Positions 9,604-18,716 of a stretch of 64,000 nt of DNA are shown here, piece after piece. Both the position numbers and the translations under genes were made by a program. The DNA comes from an uncultured Roseibium sp. (GTDB lineage: Bacteria; Pseudomonadota; Alphaproteobacteria; Rhizobiales; Stappiaceae), in the NCBI GenBank assembly GCA_963669205.1, contig OY769915.1, forward strand, positions 2,199,063 through 2,263,062, written 5' to 3'. How positions within the stretch are numbered: position 1 is the first letter of the stretch; every line of letters starts with the position of its first letter. The notes under the pieces are model-generated. The model did no database searches, was not told where the DNA came from, and saw only the letters and a list, made by a program, of their open reading frames with translations.

Positions 9604-11037
9604 CTAGCTTGCGCGGCGAAGCTTTTTGGCCGAGAAGTCAAGGATGGTCCGGCGCATCTTGGGCGCCACGGCAACATAGAGCAGACCGAGCAGTATCAGA
9701 CCCAGATGGCTTAGGTGAATATTGTCCAACACGCCCTTTTGAGGCGTGAAGCTCATTGTTTCAGCGAATGCCAGAACAAGTATGAGGCCGGTCATCGCAA
9801 GCGACGGAAGCAACGAAGTCAATCGAACGCGAGTCTGACGAAGCATCAAAAATAAGGCGATTAGAAAACCTATGAACTCTCCTAGGAACGCAAAGAATAT
9901 GGCGTAGTTGATATTGCCGGTTTGCATGAGGGCAAGAAAGGCCAAGGGTAGGAAAACAACTCTAACAGCGTCGGCAAAAAGCGGGTAACGGGTGTGGCCC
10001 TGTGCCGTTGCGACGACAACCGGGCCTATCTTTGCCAGTCTGAATCCCTGCACGAAAGCGAGGGTGAGAACCATCGAGAGTGCCCCGAAATACTTTTCCC
10101 CGAAAAGGGTGATGATGAAGGCAGGTCCCAACACCAGCATGGACAAGACCAGTCCGATCATCAGAAACAGGGCGATTTCTAAACTCAAGCACGCAAGCTC
10201 TCTGAATTGGGACCTCTTTTCCTGCGCTCGCGAAAGAATGGGCAGCATCAGTGTGCTGAAGAGTTTACTACCGGCGGAGGAAACAATCAGACTCATCATG
10301 AATGCGATTGAGAACAGCGCCAGCGTTTCTAATCCGAGTTGGTTCGCAACGATAAGTCTGTCGCCGTTGAAAACAATGAACAACAAGACATTGTTTATAA
10401 GTAGCGGGACGCCGAAAGTAAGAATCCTACGAAATATTTTTTCGTTCCAGGATAAAGAGTAGCTTCTCTCGGAATAGAAGTGCGTAAAAACAACGTAGAC
10501 CACGATGTAAGTAAAAATCGAGTAGACCATTATCTGGTAATCGTCGAACAAATAGAACAAAGGGATCAGGGCCACGAGTGAGGCAGTGTGTGCCAGGATC
10601 TGGGCCATTGCCACCGACGTGAAGCGGGATTGCCGTTCTTGCCTGTGCACGTCCAGGCTTGCCCCGCTAAGAAGCAGGGGGACCGCGGCGAAAAGCATGT
10701 ATGACCAAACCAGTTCTGGCTGACCGATGAAATAGGCGTAGGGGTAAGCGCAGATCAACATGAGGGCAGCGCCGGCGACGCCGCGCATAATCAACAGGGA
10801 ATGGAGCGCAGCCATGAACCCTGGTTCATCGCCATCCTTCGCCTGGACAACGAAGGCATTGAATCCGATGTTGGCCATCATTTGCACGAGCGAGTAGACG
10901 ATTGCAAAGGTGCTCGCGATTCCAAATTGCTCGACTGTCAGGTAGCGCGCAACCACGATGTTGCGAACAAACGGGAACGCGTAGGAAACAAGAGTGAGAA
11001 TTATTACGACGAGGAAGGACTTCATTTGAACCAACAA
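9604..11037 (-). CDS. wzx: polysaccharide flippase (Wzx / MOP superfamily)
   Basis: 477-aa, very hydrophobic protein with about 12-14 predicted TM segments. The N-terminal VARYLTVEQFGIAS motif is typical of polysaccharide biosynthesis (Wzx) proteins. It is low in GC and tightly packed with the downstream GT2 gene. Confidence 0.8.
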   Translation of the reverse strand: MLVQMKSFLVVIILTLVSYAFPFVRNIVVARYLTVEQFGIASTFAIVYSLVQMMANIGFNAFVVQAKDGDEPGFMAALHSLLIMRGVAGAALMLICAYPYAYFIGQPELVWSYMLFAAVPLLLSGASLDVHRQERQSRFTSVAMAQILAHTASLVALIPLFYLFDDYQIMVYSIFTYIVVYVVFTHFYSERSYSLSWNEKIFRRILTFGVPLLINNVLLFIVFNGDRLIVANQLGLETLALFSIAFMMSLIVSSAGSKLFSTLMLPILSRAQEKRSQFRELACLSLEIALFLMIGLVLSMLVLGPAFIITLFGEKYFGALSMVLTLAFVQGFRLAKIGPVVVATAQGHTRYPLFADAVRVVFLPLAFLALMQTGNINYAIFFAFLGEFIGFLIALFLMLRQTRVRLTSLLPSLAMTGLILVLAFAETMSFTPQKGVLDNIHLSHLGLILLGLLYVAVAPKMRRTILDFSAKKLRRAS

Positions 11038-11038
11038 A

Positions 11039-11983
11039 CTATCCGAAAACCAGCAGCGCCAGGCTGCGTGAAAAGTCCGGGTAAAGAAAATTGTTCTTGA
11101 TGTAGAACAGTCTGCGCTTCAGAAAACCGTGATGTTCGGAATCCAAGAAGCTGCGGATCGTGGCTAGCTGTTGCGCTGGGAGATCCTTCTCAAAGGCAGA
11201 AAGTAGTGCTTGGGCCTGCATGCGGCGCAACATAAGCCGGCGGCTCACACCTGCAGCAGGCGACTTTGCCCGCAGATAGCTGAAGAAACTGACCTTTTGA
11301 GGTATCGAACTGTTTGAGCCGTGAAGGCGATAATACATGGTCTTTTGCGGTATCGAACGGGCCTGTCCGAATGTCACCGCGACAAGCAACGTCCACCAGT
11401 CGTGTCCCGTGACAAGATCAAGCGGCACCGGAATGGCTTTTTCCAGCAGCGACCTGTTGATGATTGAAGCACATCCCAGCATCGGCACACAGATCAGTGT
11501 TTTCGAAAGTGAACGCGACGTCCGCGGATCAATCTTTTTAAATTGCCAATAGCTTTCGTTCAGAACATTGAGAGACCCATCGGTGACGGACACATCCGAG
11601 TATACAAAGAGGGGAGTTTCAGGACCCGCGGTTGCCTCGAGTTCGGATATGGCTTCGACGAAAAGTCGCACCTTCTCCGGCTTCCAGATGTCGTCTGCGT
11701 CTGCCCACAAGATGTAGTCGCCAGTGCTTTTTTCCATCAGAAAAGAAAAATTGGCCTTGGCAGACCCGCTTCGATCCTCTCGCCGGATAATGTTGATACC
11801 GTTTCGAAAGAGCGGAGCCTTGCATTCAAGGATTGCTAGGCTGCCGTCGGTTGATGCGTCGTCGCTCGCGAGAATGTGAAAGTCGTCAAAGTCTTGGGCC
11901 AGAAGTGAGTCGAGGAAGTCGGCCAAATAGTCAGCATTGTTATAAACAGCCAACAGGATTTCCACACGTTTGCCGTCGCTCAT
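11039..11983 (-). CDS. family 2 glycosyltransferase
   Basis: The N-terminus VEILLAVYNNADYLADFLDSLLAQ...ILASDDASTDGS is the GT-A/GT2 signature with the DDxS/D motif. Confidence 0.88.
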   Translation of the reverse strand: MSDGKRVEILLAVYNNADYLADFLDSLLAQDFDDFHILASDDASTDGSLAILECKAPLFRNGINIIRREDRSGSAKANFSFLMEKSTGDYILWADADDIWKPEKVRLFVEAISELEATAGPETPLFVYSDVSVTDGSLNVLNESYWQFKKIDPRTSRSLSKTLICVPMLGCASIINRSLLEKAIPVPLDLVTGHDWWTLLVAVTFGQARSIPQKTMYYRLHGSNSSIPQKVSFFSYLRAKSPAAGVSRRLMLRRMQAQALLSAFEKDLPAQQLATIRSFLDSEHHGFLKRRLFYIKNNFLYPDFSRSLALLVFG

Positions 11984-12090
11984 GAAACGTACCTCGAATA
12001 AGCGTTTGGTCTTTTGATCAAATGAAATGAATTCTTTGCTTGCTATTGTTTTGCCACTGAAACTTTAAGAAAATCGGCAGGTCAGACAAC

Positions 12091-13551
12091 TTATGATCGT
12101 TCAAGCGATTTTGACCTTGCCGCTGACGGCCGTTCTCTCCGGAAACCCGGTCGAGCGCGTCCATTTTTGCTGCGGCTTCGCGGTCCGGATTTTTCCGGGG
12201 CAGGTTCACTGTCGGTACCGGATGCGTCGATCTCGTTCGACGCGCTGGAAACGCGTTTAAGCTTGCTTTCGTCAAAATAGTGCATCCAAATACCACTGCC
12301 AAGAATGAAGTAGATCAAGGCAACGATCTCGCCCCAGATGGCAACGGTTGAAATAGTCAATGCAATACTGACCACCGTGTAACACCACGCTCGGCGAAGC
12401 AAAAAGACGGGTGAGTCGGGCTCAAGCTTGAGAGCCGAGGTTTTCTTCAAGCCCCAGAACACGAACAGGAGAAGTGACGCAAAAGCGGGTACGCCGTTGA
12501 TAAGGGCGAGGTAGAGCCAATAATTGTCGATGCTTGCGCTCAGCCAGATGGGGCGCGGCCATTCATTGAACCCATTCCCGAGGATTGGCGTCCGTTTGAC
12601 TTGGGCGAACCCGTACTCGAACAAGGTCGCGCGGAGATAGGTGGTATAGGAACTAAAGGTGAGCCGCGAAACGATCGCGAGAATGGCTGGACGGTTCGAC
12701 GCGATTTCAATGACAATGAACGCGAAAATGCCAGCTGCCGTCGTGATGTACCATACGTATTTGACGCGCCCGAACACGGTAATCCAGGCAATCATGAAGA
12801 ACTGCGTAATTCCGGACAGCAGCGGCCCGCTGGAGAGACCGCTTATCAAGCCAACTAAAGTAAGAGACATCAGGAAAAGTCTATGCATGAGGCCGTAAAA
12901 CGGTTTCATGCCTATATAGATGAAGCTCAGTCCAAGCGTGCAGAACAGACCGTAGTGGATGGCGTGTGCAAAAATAACCTGGGCACGATCGAGGCCAAAT
13001 CTTGGAGCATCGTGATTGTCCGGGAAGGAGTTGAAAACAGGCAGGCTCTCGATAAATCTCGCGATAACGGCTTCAAAGGTGACATTTTCCACCAAGGCAA
13101 AAGGTACCGTGATGATGATGACCATAACGAAAAAACGAATGAAGGCGACGAAGTCGTCCGGTGTCCGGATCTTGGCCCGTGCTGTCAGGTATCCACCAAG
13201 CAACAGCAGCGAATTCGATCCCACAAACGTGATGGCAATCTCCGGGTTGTTGAAGCCAATGGAAAGCGACAGCCAAAGTATGTGAAAGAAAATCAGGTAA
13301 TCGACGAACAGAAGTGGTCCGTATGCCCCGCGAACCAGGTTGATCATGAAATAGGGAACAAGGACCAGGAAAATGATGCGTGCCGGTGAGAAAACGAGAC
13401 CAGCGACGGAAAAGGAAGCCGGCACAAGGATCGACAACAAGACCAGCTTGACGAGGAAGTCGAGCTTCTTGCCGCCTATCTCGTAGACCGGGCCCTTGTT
13501 GCCTTCAGGGTCTTTCGGAGACCAGAGAATTTTGCGGACAGGTAAGAGCAT
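12091..13551 (-). CDS. wzy: O-antigen ligase/Wzy-family membrane protein (polymerase or exosortase-associated O-glycosylation ligase-like)
   Basis: Polytopic membrane protein with more than 10 TM segments. The large loop GNGFNEWPRP...IDNYWLYLALINGVPAF is typical of the Wzy_C/O-antigen ligase family. A 60-aa basic hydrophilic C-terminal tail is present. Confidence 0.75.
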   Translation of the reverse strand: MLLPVRKILWSPKDPEGNKGPVYEIGGKKLDFLVKLVLLSILVPASFSVAGLVFSPARIIFLVLVPYFMINLVRGAYGPLLFVDYLIFFHILWLSLSIGFNNPEIAITFVGSNSLLLLGGYLTARAKIRTPDDFVAFIRFFVMVIIITVPFALVENVTFEAVIARFIESLPVFNSFPDNHDAPRFGLDRAQVIFAHAIHYGLFCTLGLSFIYIGMKPFYGLMHRLFLMSLTLVGLISGLSSGPLLSGITQFFMIAWITVFGRVKYVWYITTAAGIFAFIVIEIASNRPAILAIVSRLTFSSYTTYLRATLFEYGFAQVKRTPILGNGFNEWPRPIWLSASIDNYWLYLALINGVPAFASLLLFVFWGLKKTSALKLEPDSPVFLLRRAWCYTVVSIALTISTVAIWGEIVALIYFILGSGIWMHYFDESKLKRVSSASNEIDASGTDSEPAPEKSGPRSRSKNGRARPGFRRERPSAARSKSLERS

Positions 13552-14590
13552 GATGGTTGGTCAAAACTTTCGATCGCAAAACGAGTTAAACGTAGTCAGA
13601 TGAGCAGGGTCCGGTATTAATTGGGCATCATTCGCTTCCGATACTCGTACCATTTGGCCTCAGTCTGCATTTCAGCGGACAGGGCTCTTGCCAGCAGCGT
13701 GCCGCCAATCGATTGGCGGAACGCGGAAGAAGTCGCAGAACTGATAAGAGAACAATAGTTCAAAAGCACGAAGAAATTGTCACCAGCATGTGCAAGGCCA
13801 CGTTCAAATATGGCTGTAGGGTTTATCGTTGCTTCATGACGTCGTGCAAGTCAAAAGAGTTTATGTGGCCAAGAGAACCGGCGTCGGCGCTTTGTCGCTT
13901 GAGACCCGCCCACCGATTTCGGTTGCGGGCGTACCTTTTCTTGATGGCGCAGGTGCCGAATCGCGAATCTGGTGTGGGCGGGTTGCAGCGCAGTTGCGAA
14001 AAAAAGACACACAGGCCTGCCTGGAGCCGTTCTCCAAATACGATGTTTCCGGATTTTGTGACGGTTGCGGTGCGGGAGCCCCGTTGTCAGAAAAGTCAGC
14101 GGTCTGCAGTGGCGATGCACCCTTTTCAATGACCGGCAACACCGCGAAATTTTCTGCGCATTTGATGTGGCGCGGGAATCTGATGCCCGAAGCATCGAAA
14201 TGTATAAGTCACGGACTTCGTTAACCAAATTGTCAGATTTCGGCACATTCCTGCACTTAAAGTTTTCCAGAGTTTAGTTCTGATTGCGGTGTGCTTTTAA
14301 ATAGCACTGGTCATCAACCGAAGCGAAATAGGGGGCAGAGTTCCTAGTGACAAAATTTTTTTATCTATCAGTATTATTGCGAAACATGTTGGCACTTATT
14401 CGCAGTGCAAAATGATAATCCATTTTATCTTCGAATTGCAAAGCAGGCTTTTTGCGTTTAGACAAGAAGGATTACATTCTCATTTTGGATCGGCTTTGCA
14501 ATCGGCATCGCTAGAATGGGTTGTAAAAAATTAGCATTATGTTAATATCAAATTCGGAATGAAACGATACTTTAGTAAGGAATCCGAAAA

Positions 14591-15268
14591 ATGAATTTTG
14601 GAACAAAGCTTTGTGTCGCAGCTGCTCTGGTCGTTGGATCAGTAAGCGCGGCATCTGCTGCACCGTCCTTTACCGTGCTTGCAGGTTCGAACGACGGCGT
14701 TTCCAACACTGCAGATGTGTTCGCACCTGATTTTGGCGCGTTCACATATGCTGCGGACACGATGGATGCCGCTGTCATCACTCCTCCTCCGGGCAGCACG
14801 AGTGCGATCAACAAGTCGCCTTGGTCCAACACGGGTCTGGAAGATGTCAACAGCTACTTCGCGGTTGGCCCCGACCCGTCCACGAGCCCGGATCCGGCAA
14901 CGCTGACGTTCGGTTTCGTTAGAACGACGTTTGAACTCCTTTGGGGTTCGATCGACCGTTACAACGTTCTTGAGTTCTCGCTTGCGAGCGGCGGCACGTA
15001 CTCCGTGGATCCGTCGACGGTTGCTGCAGCTGTAAACGCTCTGACCGGCGTCGCATCCTGTGGCTCGGGTCCGTCTGATAACCTCGGCTGTACTGCCCTG
15101 GTATCGTTCGACGCGGGCCAAGGCGACAGCTTCACCTCGGTGTCCTTTGGCACCACAGGTGCGCAGGCATTCGAATTCGCGACAGCTGTTCCGCTTCCTG
15201 CTGCTGGATGGTTGCTGATCGGCGGTATTGGCGGTCTGGCCGCGATGCGTCGTCGCAAGAAAGCATAA
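14591..15268 (+). CDS. secreted protein with VPLPA-CTERM exosortase sorting signal
   Basis: It has a signal peptide (MNFGTKLCVAAALVVGSVSAASA). The C-terminus is AVPLPAAGWLLIGGIGGLAAMRRRKKA, i.e. a VPLPA motif, a TM helix and a basic tail. An internal LLWGSIDRYN motif is common in PEP-CTERM proteins. Confidence 0.85.
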   Translation: MNFGTKLCVAAALVVGSVSAASAAPSFTVLAGSNDGVSNTADVFAPDFGAFTYAADTMDAAVITPPPGSTSAINKSPWSNTGLEDVNSYFAVGPDPSTSPDPATLTFGFVRTTFELLWGSIDRYNVLEFSLASGGTYSVDPSTVAAAVNALTGVASCGSGPSDNLGCTALVSFDAGQGDSFTSVSFGTTGAQAFEFATAVPLPAAGWLLIGGIGGLAAMRRRKKA

Positions 15269-15300
15269 GACTGACAAATTCAGTCTGATCGAAAGTTTGG

Positions 15301-15330
15301 AGCGGCGCCGCAAGGCGCCGTTTTTCTTTT
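15301..15330 (+). terminator. Rho-independent terminator after the VPLPA-CTERM gene
   Basis: ggcgcc-gcaa-ggcgcc stem-loop followed by gtttttctttt, about 35 nt after the stop codon. Confidence 0.65.
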
Positions 15331-16144
15331 GCAATCTGCCGGGCGCAATGCAGGCATGTCACTTGCATTCGGGCGGTCACGAGAAATCTTCTGGCCGCGA
15401 TCAAGGTCGAGCCGCGCTGTAGCTGTATGTGGCTGGTCTCAACGAAAAAGTATTGCGCTGACGCCAAGGAATCGGTCTTAAGCTCGCCGGGTGCGAACCT
15501 ATCGTCGTCTTTTCATTTTAAGGTCAGTGGCAGGCGACAAGAGGTTCAACCCTGGTCCGGACTTAACGCTCTCGTGTCTTGCGAAAATCCTTTGTCTGGG
15601 CAAGGCAAAACAGCCCGGTCTCTGTTGCGAGGCTCTCTGCCGTGAAATTGATTTCCGTCCAGATTCAAGAAACGGATGACCGTTAAAGGGTGCGGCAGTA
15701 GTTTGCGCATTGAGCATCACAAACGCCCTGATCAAACAACACAGTCGGATGGGTGGGGTCGCTTGATAAACATTAGATTTCTTTGTGAGACTACCTTATT
15801 GTGCAGTGCGAAGGAGATCAGTAGATCGGAACCGAAACACTGCAGCAATTTTCTCGAGATGAACTCCGAAGCATCCGGTCAGTAGATGCCAGGCGATTTT
15901 CCAAAGTGGTGTTCGTAGTGTTTGTCTCCGCCGTCTTTAACCTTGTTTATTGCTGAGGATGTATTTGGAACAATAAAGATTGCCAACATTCAGAAGTTGC
16001 CACTAAATGGGCGAAAATTTTACGAAATTAAAAAAAAGCTGCTGTATTTGGGACCTAGCCACCGGAGCCCGGTCTGGGATTTAACCGTTTCCCAAAGCAG
16101 AATACGCCCCCGAGCGCAGGATCGCACGTGAAAGGAAAGACACC

Positions 16145-16855
16145 ATGTTGCTCACCGAGAGTAGCCACTACGAATATGCTCGAAACTCATTTGTTGAGAA
16201 AATTTATGAAGTTTGTCAGAAGTTTGAAGCTGCAGACATTTTGGAACTCGGTGGCGGCCGGTATCCGTTCTACACTCACGGCAAGTTCCCAGAAAGCATT
16301 AACTCCTACACAGTGAATGACATTGACCAAAGTGAATTGGATGCGGGTCCAGGCGGCTACAAAACAGCGTGTTTCGATGTATGCGGGGATGTTTCTGATT
16401 TCGAAAACAAATACGACGTCATTATTTCTCGTATGTTTGCCGAACACGTTGCCGATGGAAAGGCAATGCATAGCAACTGTTTGAAGTTGTTGAAGCCCGG
16501 GGGGATAGCGTTCCACTACAATCCGAAGCTTTATTCGCTGCCGTTTTTTGCGAACTTGATCTTACCCGAAGCGGTTTCGAGAGCAATCTTGTTCACTTTC
16601 AAACCAAAAACCGGATCTGGCGAGCGGACAAAATTTCCGGTCCACTATTCCTTGTGCCGTGGTACCTCGGCTTCGATGGAAAGCAAGATACAGGCATTGG
16701 GCTACAGTGAAGTTCAAGTAGTTCCATTTTACGGGCACAATTATTATTCTCACATACCCCCACTTCAACCCTTCGAAAAGTTCTTTACGTCGCTTTCGAT
16801 GAAAAATAACTGGTCGTTTTTCAGCACCTTTGTTTACACCTTGGCGCGCCGGTGA
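16145..16855 (+). CDS. class I SAM-dependent methyltransferase
   Basis: It has the motif I-like ILELGGGRYP and a post-I acidic residue (VNDID). The motif LLKPGGIAF is typical of Methyltransf_11/23-type enzymes. The coding sequence is low in GC. Confidence 0.75.
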   Translation: MLLTESSHYEYARNSFVEKIYEVCQKFEAADILELGGGRYPFYTHGKFPESINSYTVNDIDQSELDAGPGGYKTACFDVCGDVSDFENKYDVIISRMFAEHVADGKAMHSNCLKLLKPGGIAFHYNPKLYSLPFFANLILPEAVSRAILFTFKPKTGSGERTKFPVHYSLCRGTSASMESKIQALGYSEVQVVPFYGHNYYSHIPPLQPFEKFFTSLSMKNNWSFFSTFVYTLARR

Positions 16856-16997
16856 CGGTCTCCGCATGCGAAGACTTGCGAGGTAACCGCTTCTGATGGC
16901 TCGCAGGTTTTGGTGTTGACGCTTCGGCTCAACTGTGCGGTGGGCGCGTTATCGCGAACACCGTATCCCGGTCGAGAATGCACTTACGGATCGACAT

Positions 16998-17984
16998 ATG
17001 GTTGAACATCAAAAGGAACGTCTGGAGCAATCTGGGTCGAAGCCGGAATTGACGGTGATTGTTGTCAGCTACAATACCAGGGATCTGACGCTCAAGGCCC
17101 TGGAAACTCTGTTTGCGACTACGCGCGAAGCCACATTCAATACGATTGTTTATGACAACGCGTCGCAGGATGGGTCAGCGGAGGCAGTCGCAGCGCGGTT
17201 TCCTGATGTGACCCTGATTGCCGCAAAGGAAAACATCGGATTCGCGAGAGCCAACAATGAAGCGGCCAAATTCGCAGATACTGAATGGCTATTGCTCCTG
17301 AACCCGGACACGGAGTGCCACAAAGGCGCTGTAGATAACCTCTTGGCTTTTGGAAAAGCCAAACCCGAGGCAGGAATCTACGGAGGGCGCACAGTGTTTC
17401 CCGACGGGTCGCTGAATATTGCATCCTGCTGGAACAAGATCACGCCTTGGAGCTTGTTCTGCTCCGCCTTCGGCCTTTCGGCGCTGTTTCCGAAAAACGC
17501 GCTGTTCAATCCCGAAGCTTTTGGCGGATGGAAACGGGACAGCGTGCGAAAGGTTGACATCGTCGTCGGCTGTTTTCTGCTTATTCGCCGCAGTCTCTGG
17601 GAAGAATTAGACGGGTTCAACACGCGTTATTTCATGTACGGAGAAGAAGCCGATCTGTGCCTTCGCGCGCGCGCGCTTGGCTATCATCCAATGATTACGC
17701 CTGACGCCCAAATAATGCACCTGATCGGTGCGGCGAGTGCCAAGCGTACAGACAAGGTGGTCCTCGTGGCAAAGGCCAAGGCAACGCTTATCAATGATCA
17801 CTGGCCAATGTACCAGCAACCGGTTGGACGTATGCTTCTGCTCTTGTGGGCGTTCAACCGCTACAGTGCGAGCAGGGTTTTGGGCTTCGTGAAGAGGCAT
17901 GTTTCCGCTGGCGGGAGCGCAGCGCGATCTGATCATTGGAAGGCAATTTGGGAAAGCAGGGCGGAGTGGATGTCGGGTTACTAA
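16998..17984 (+). CDS. family 2 glycosyltransferase
   Basis: ELTVIVVSYNTRDLTLKALETL...YDNASQDGS...LLNPD is a GT2 (rhamnosyltransferase-like WbbL type) signature. I prefer ATG 16998 over the track GTG 16935. Confidence 0.85.
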   Translation: MVEHQKERLEQSGSKPELTVIVVSYNTRDLTLKALETLFATTREATFNTIVYDNASQDGSAEAVAARFPDVTLIAAKENIGFARANNEAAKFADTEWLLLLNPDTECHKGAVDNLLAFGKAKPEAGIYGGRTVFPDGSLNIASCWNKITPWSLFCSAFGLSALFPKNALFNPEAFGGWKRDSVRKVDIVVGCFLLIRRSLWEELDGFNTRYFMYGEEADLCLRARALGYHPMITPDAQIMHLIGAASAKRTDKVVLVAKAKATLINDHWPMYQQPVGRMLLLLWAFNRYSASRVLGFVKRHVSAGGSAARSDHWKAIWESRAEWMSGY

Positions 17985-18131
17985 TACCCGCCAGCTGATG
18001 CAGATTTTTCGCCGTTGGAAGACTGGGGTGAACGAGACTGTCTGCGCCGGTTGTGACCTGCCGGAATTCCGGTACAGTTTGCAAGACGTTGGTTTTTGTC
18101 TCCGTTTTTGCAAAAAAGGTGTTTTTCAAAG

Positions 18132-18716
18132 ATGAGTGTTACGGATGAAGGTCTTCACAGAAAGCAAAAACTGAGCCGGACAGCAAGATTGTGGCGTGTC
18201 ATCAAGTCTGCAGTGGATCCCAGAGCTTATTTGCACATGCTCAAGATCATCAACTACTACAATTATACGCATGTGACGCCGCTGCGCGCTGTTCAGCTTG
18301 GCGCAGATCCGGCGATCAGTCCCAATTCCAACTTTAGTAATCCGGAAAGAATCGAAATTGGGGACCGTTGCCGAATTGGCGCGCGCTGTACGCTCTGGGC
18401 TGGTCCTGGAACTGGCCGGGTCATTATCGGTGATGACGTTTTGTTTGGACCGGAGGTGCTGGTGACCGCTGCGAACTATCGATACAACGACGGCAGTCCG
18501 GTAACCAGCCAGGCGATGGACGAGGCGGACGTGGTTATCGGCGACGACGTATGGCTCGGTGCTCGAGCGATTGTTCTGCCGGGTGCCAGCATAGGGAACG
18601 GGTCGATAATTGGGGCAGGGGCCCTGGTTAAGGGTGACATTCCACCCTTTAGCATTGCGGTCGGAACACCGGCGAGAGTTGTCGCTCAGAGAAAGATCGA
18701 AGGGTCCAATGGCTGA
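18132..18716 (+). CDS. hexapeptide-repeat (LbH) sugar O-acetyltransferase
   Basis: Left-handed beta-helix hexapeptide repeats are visible (IGDRCRIGARCTLWAG..., IGDDVWLGARAIVLPGASIGNGSIIGAGALV). The start could be ATG 18132 or the upstream 18096. Confidence 0.85.
   Translation: MSVTDEGLHRKQKLSRTARLWRVIKSAVDPRAYLHMLKIINYYNYTHVTPLRAVQLGADPAISPNSNFSNPERIEIGDRCRIGARCTLWAGPGTGRVIIGDDVLFGPEVLVTAANYRYNDGSPVTSQAMDEADVVIGDDVWLGARAIVLPGASIGNGSIIGAGALVKGDIPPFSIAVGTPARVVAQRKIEGSNG

Larger units (their letters stand above)
9144..9608. mobile_element. MITE-like non-coding element bounded by 35-bp terminal inverted repeats
   Basis: 9144-9178 (gctagagcattttccgaccaatttgggtcatttga) is the reverse complement of 9574-9608 with one mismatch. 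There is no credible ORF inside. The interior carries two long hairpins. A further degenerate match to the inner part of the left repeat sits at about 9413-9437. Confidence 0.45.

Noticed and set aside
9003-9677. Track ORFs 9003-9245(+) and 9234-9677(-) sharing the peptide AFSDQFGSFD, as a possible duplicated small protein
   Set aside because: The shared peptide arises because both ORFs read the same 35-bp inverted repeat on opposite strands. The rest of each ORF has no coding character.
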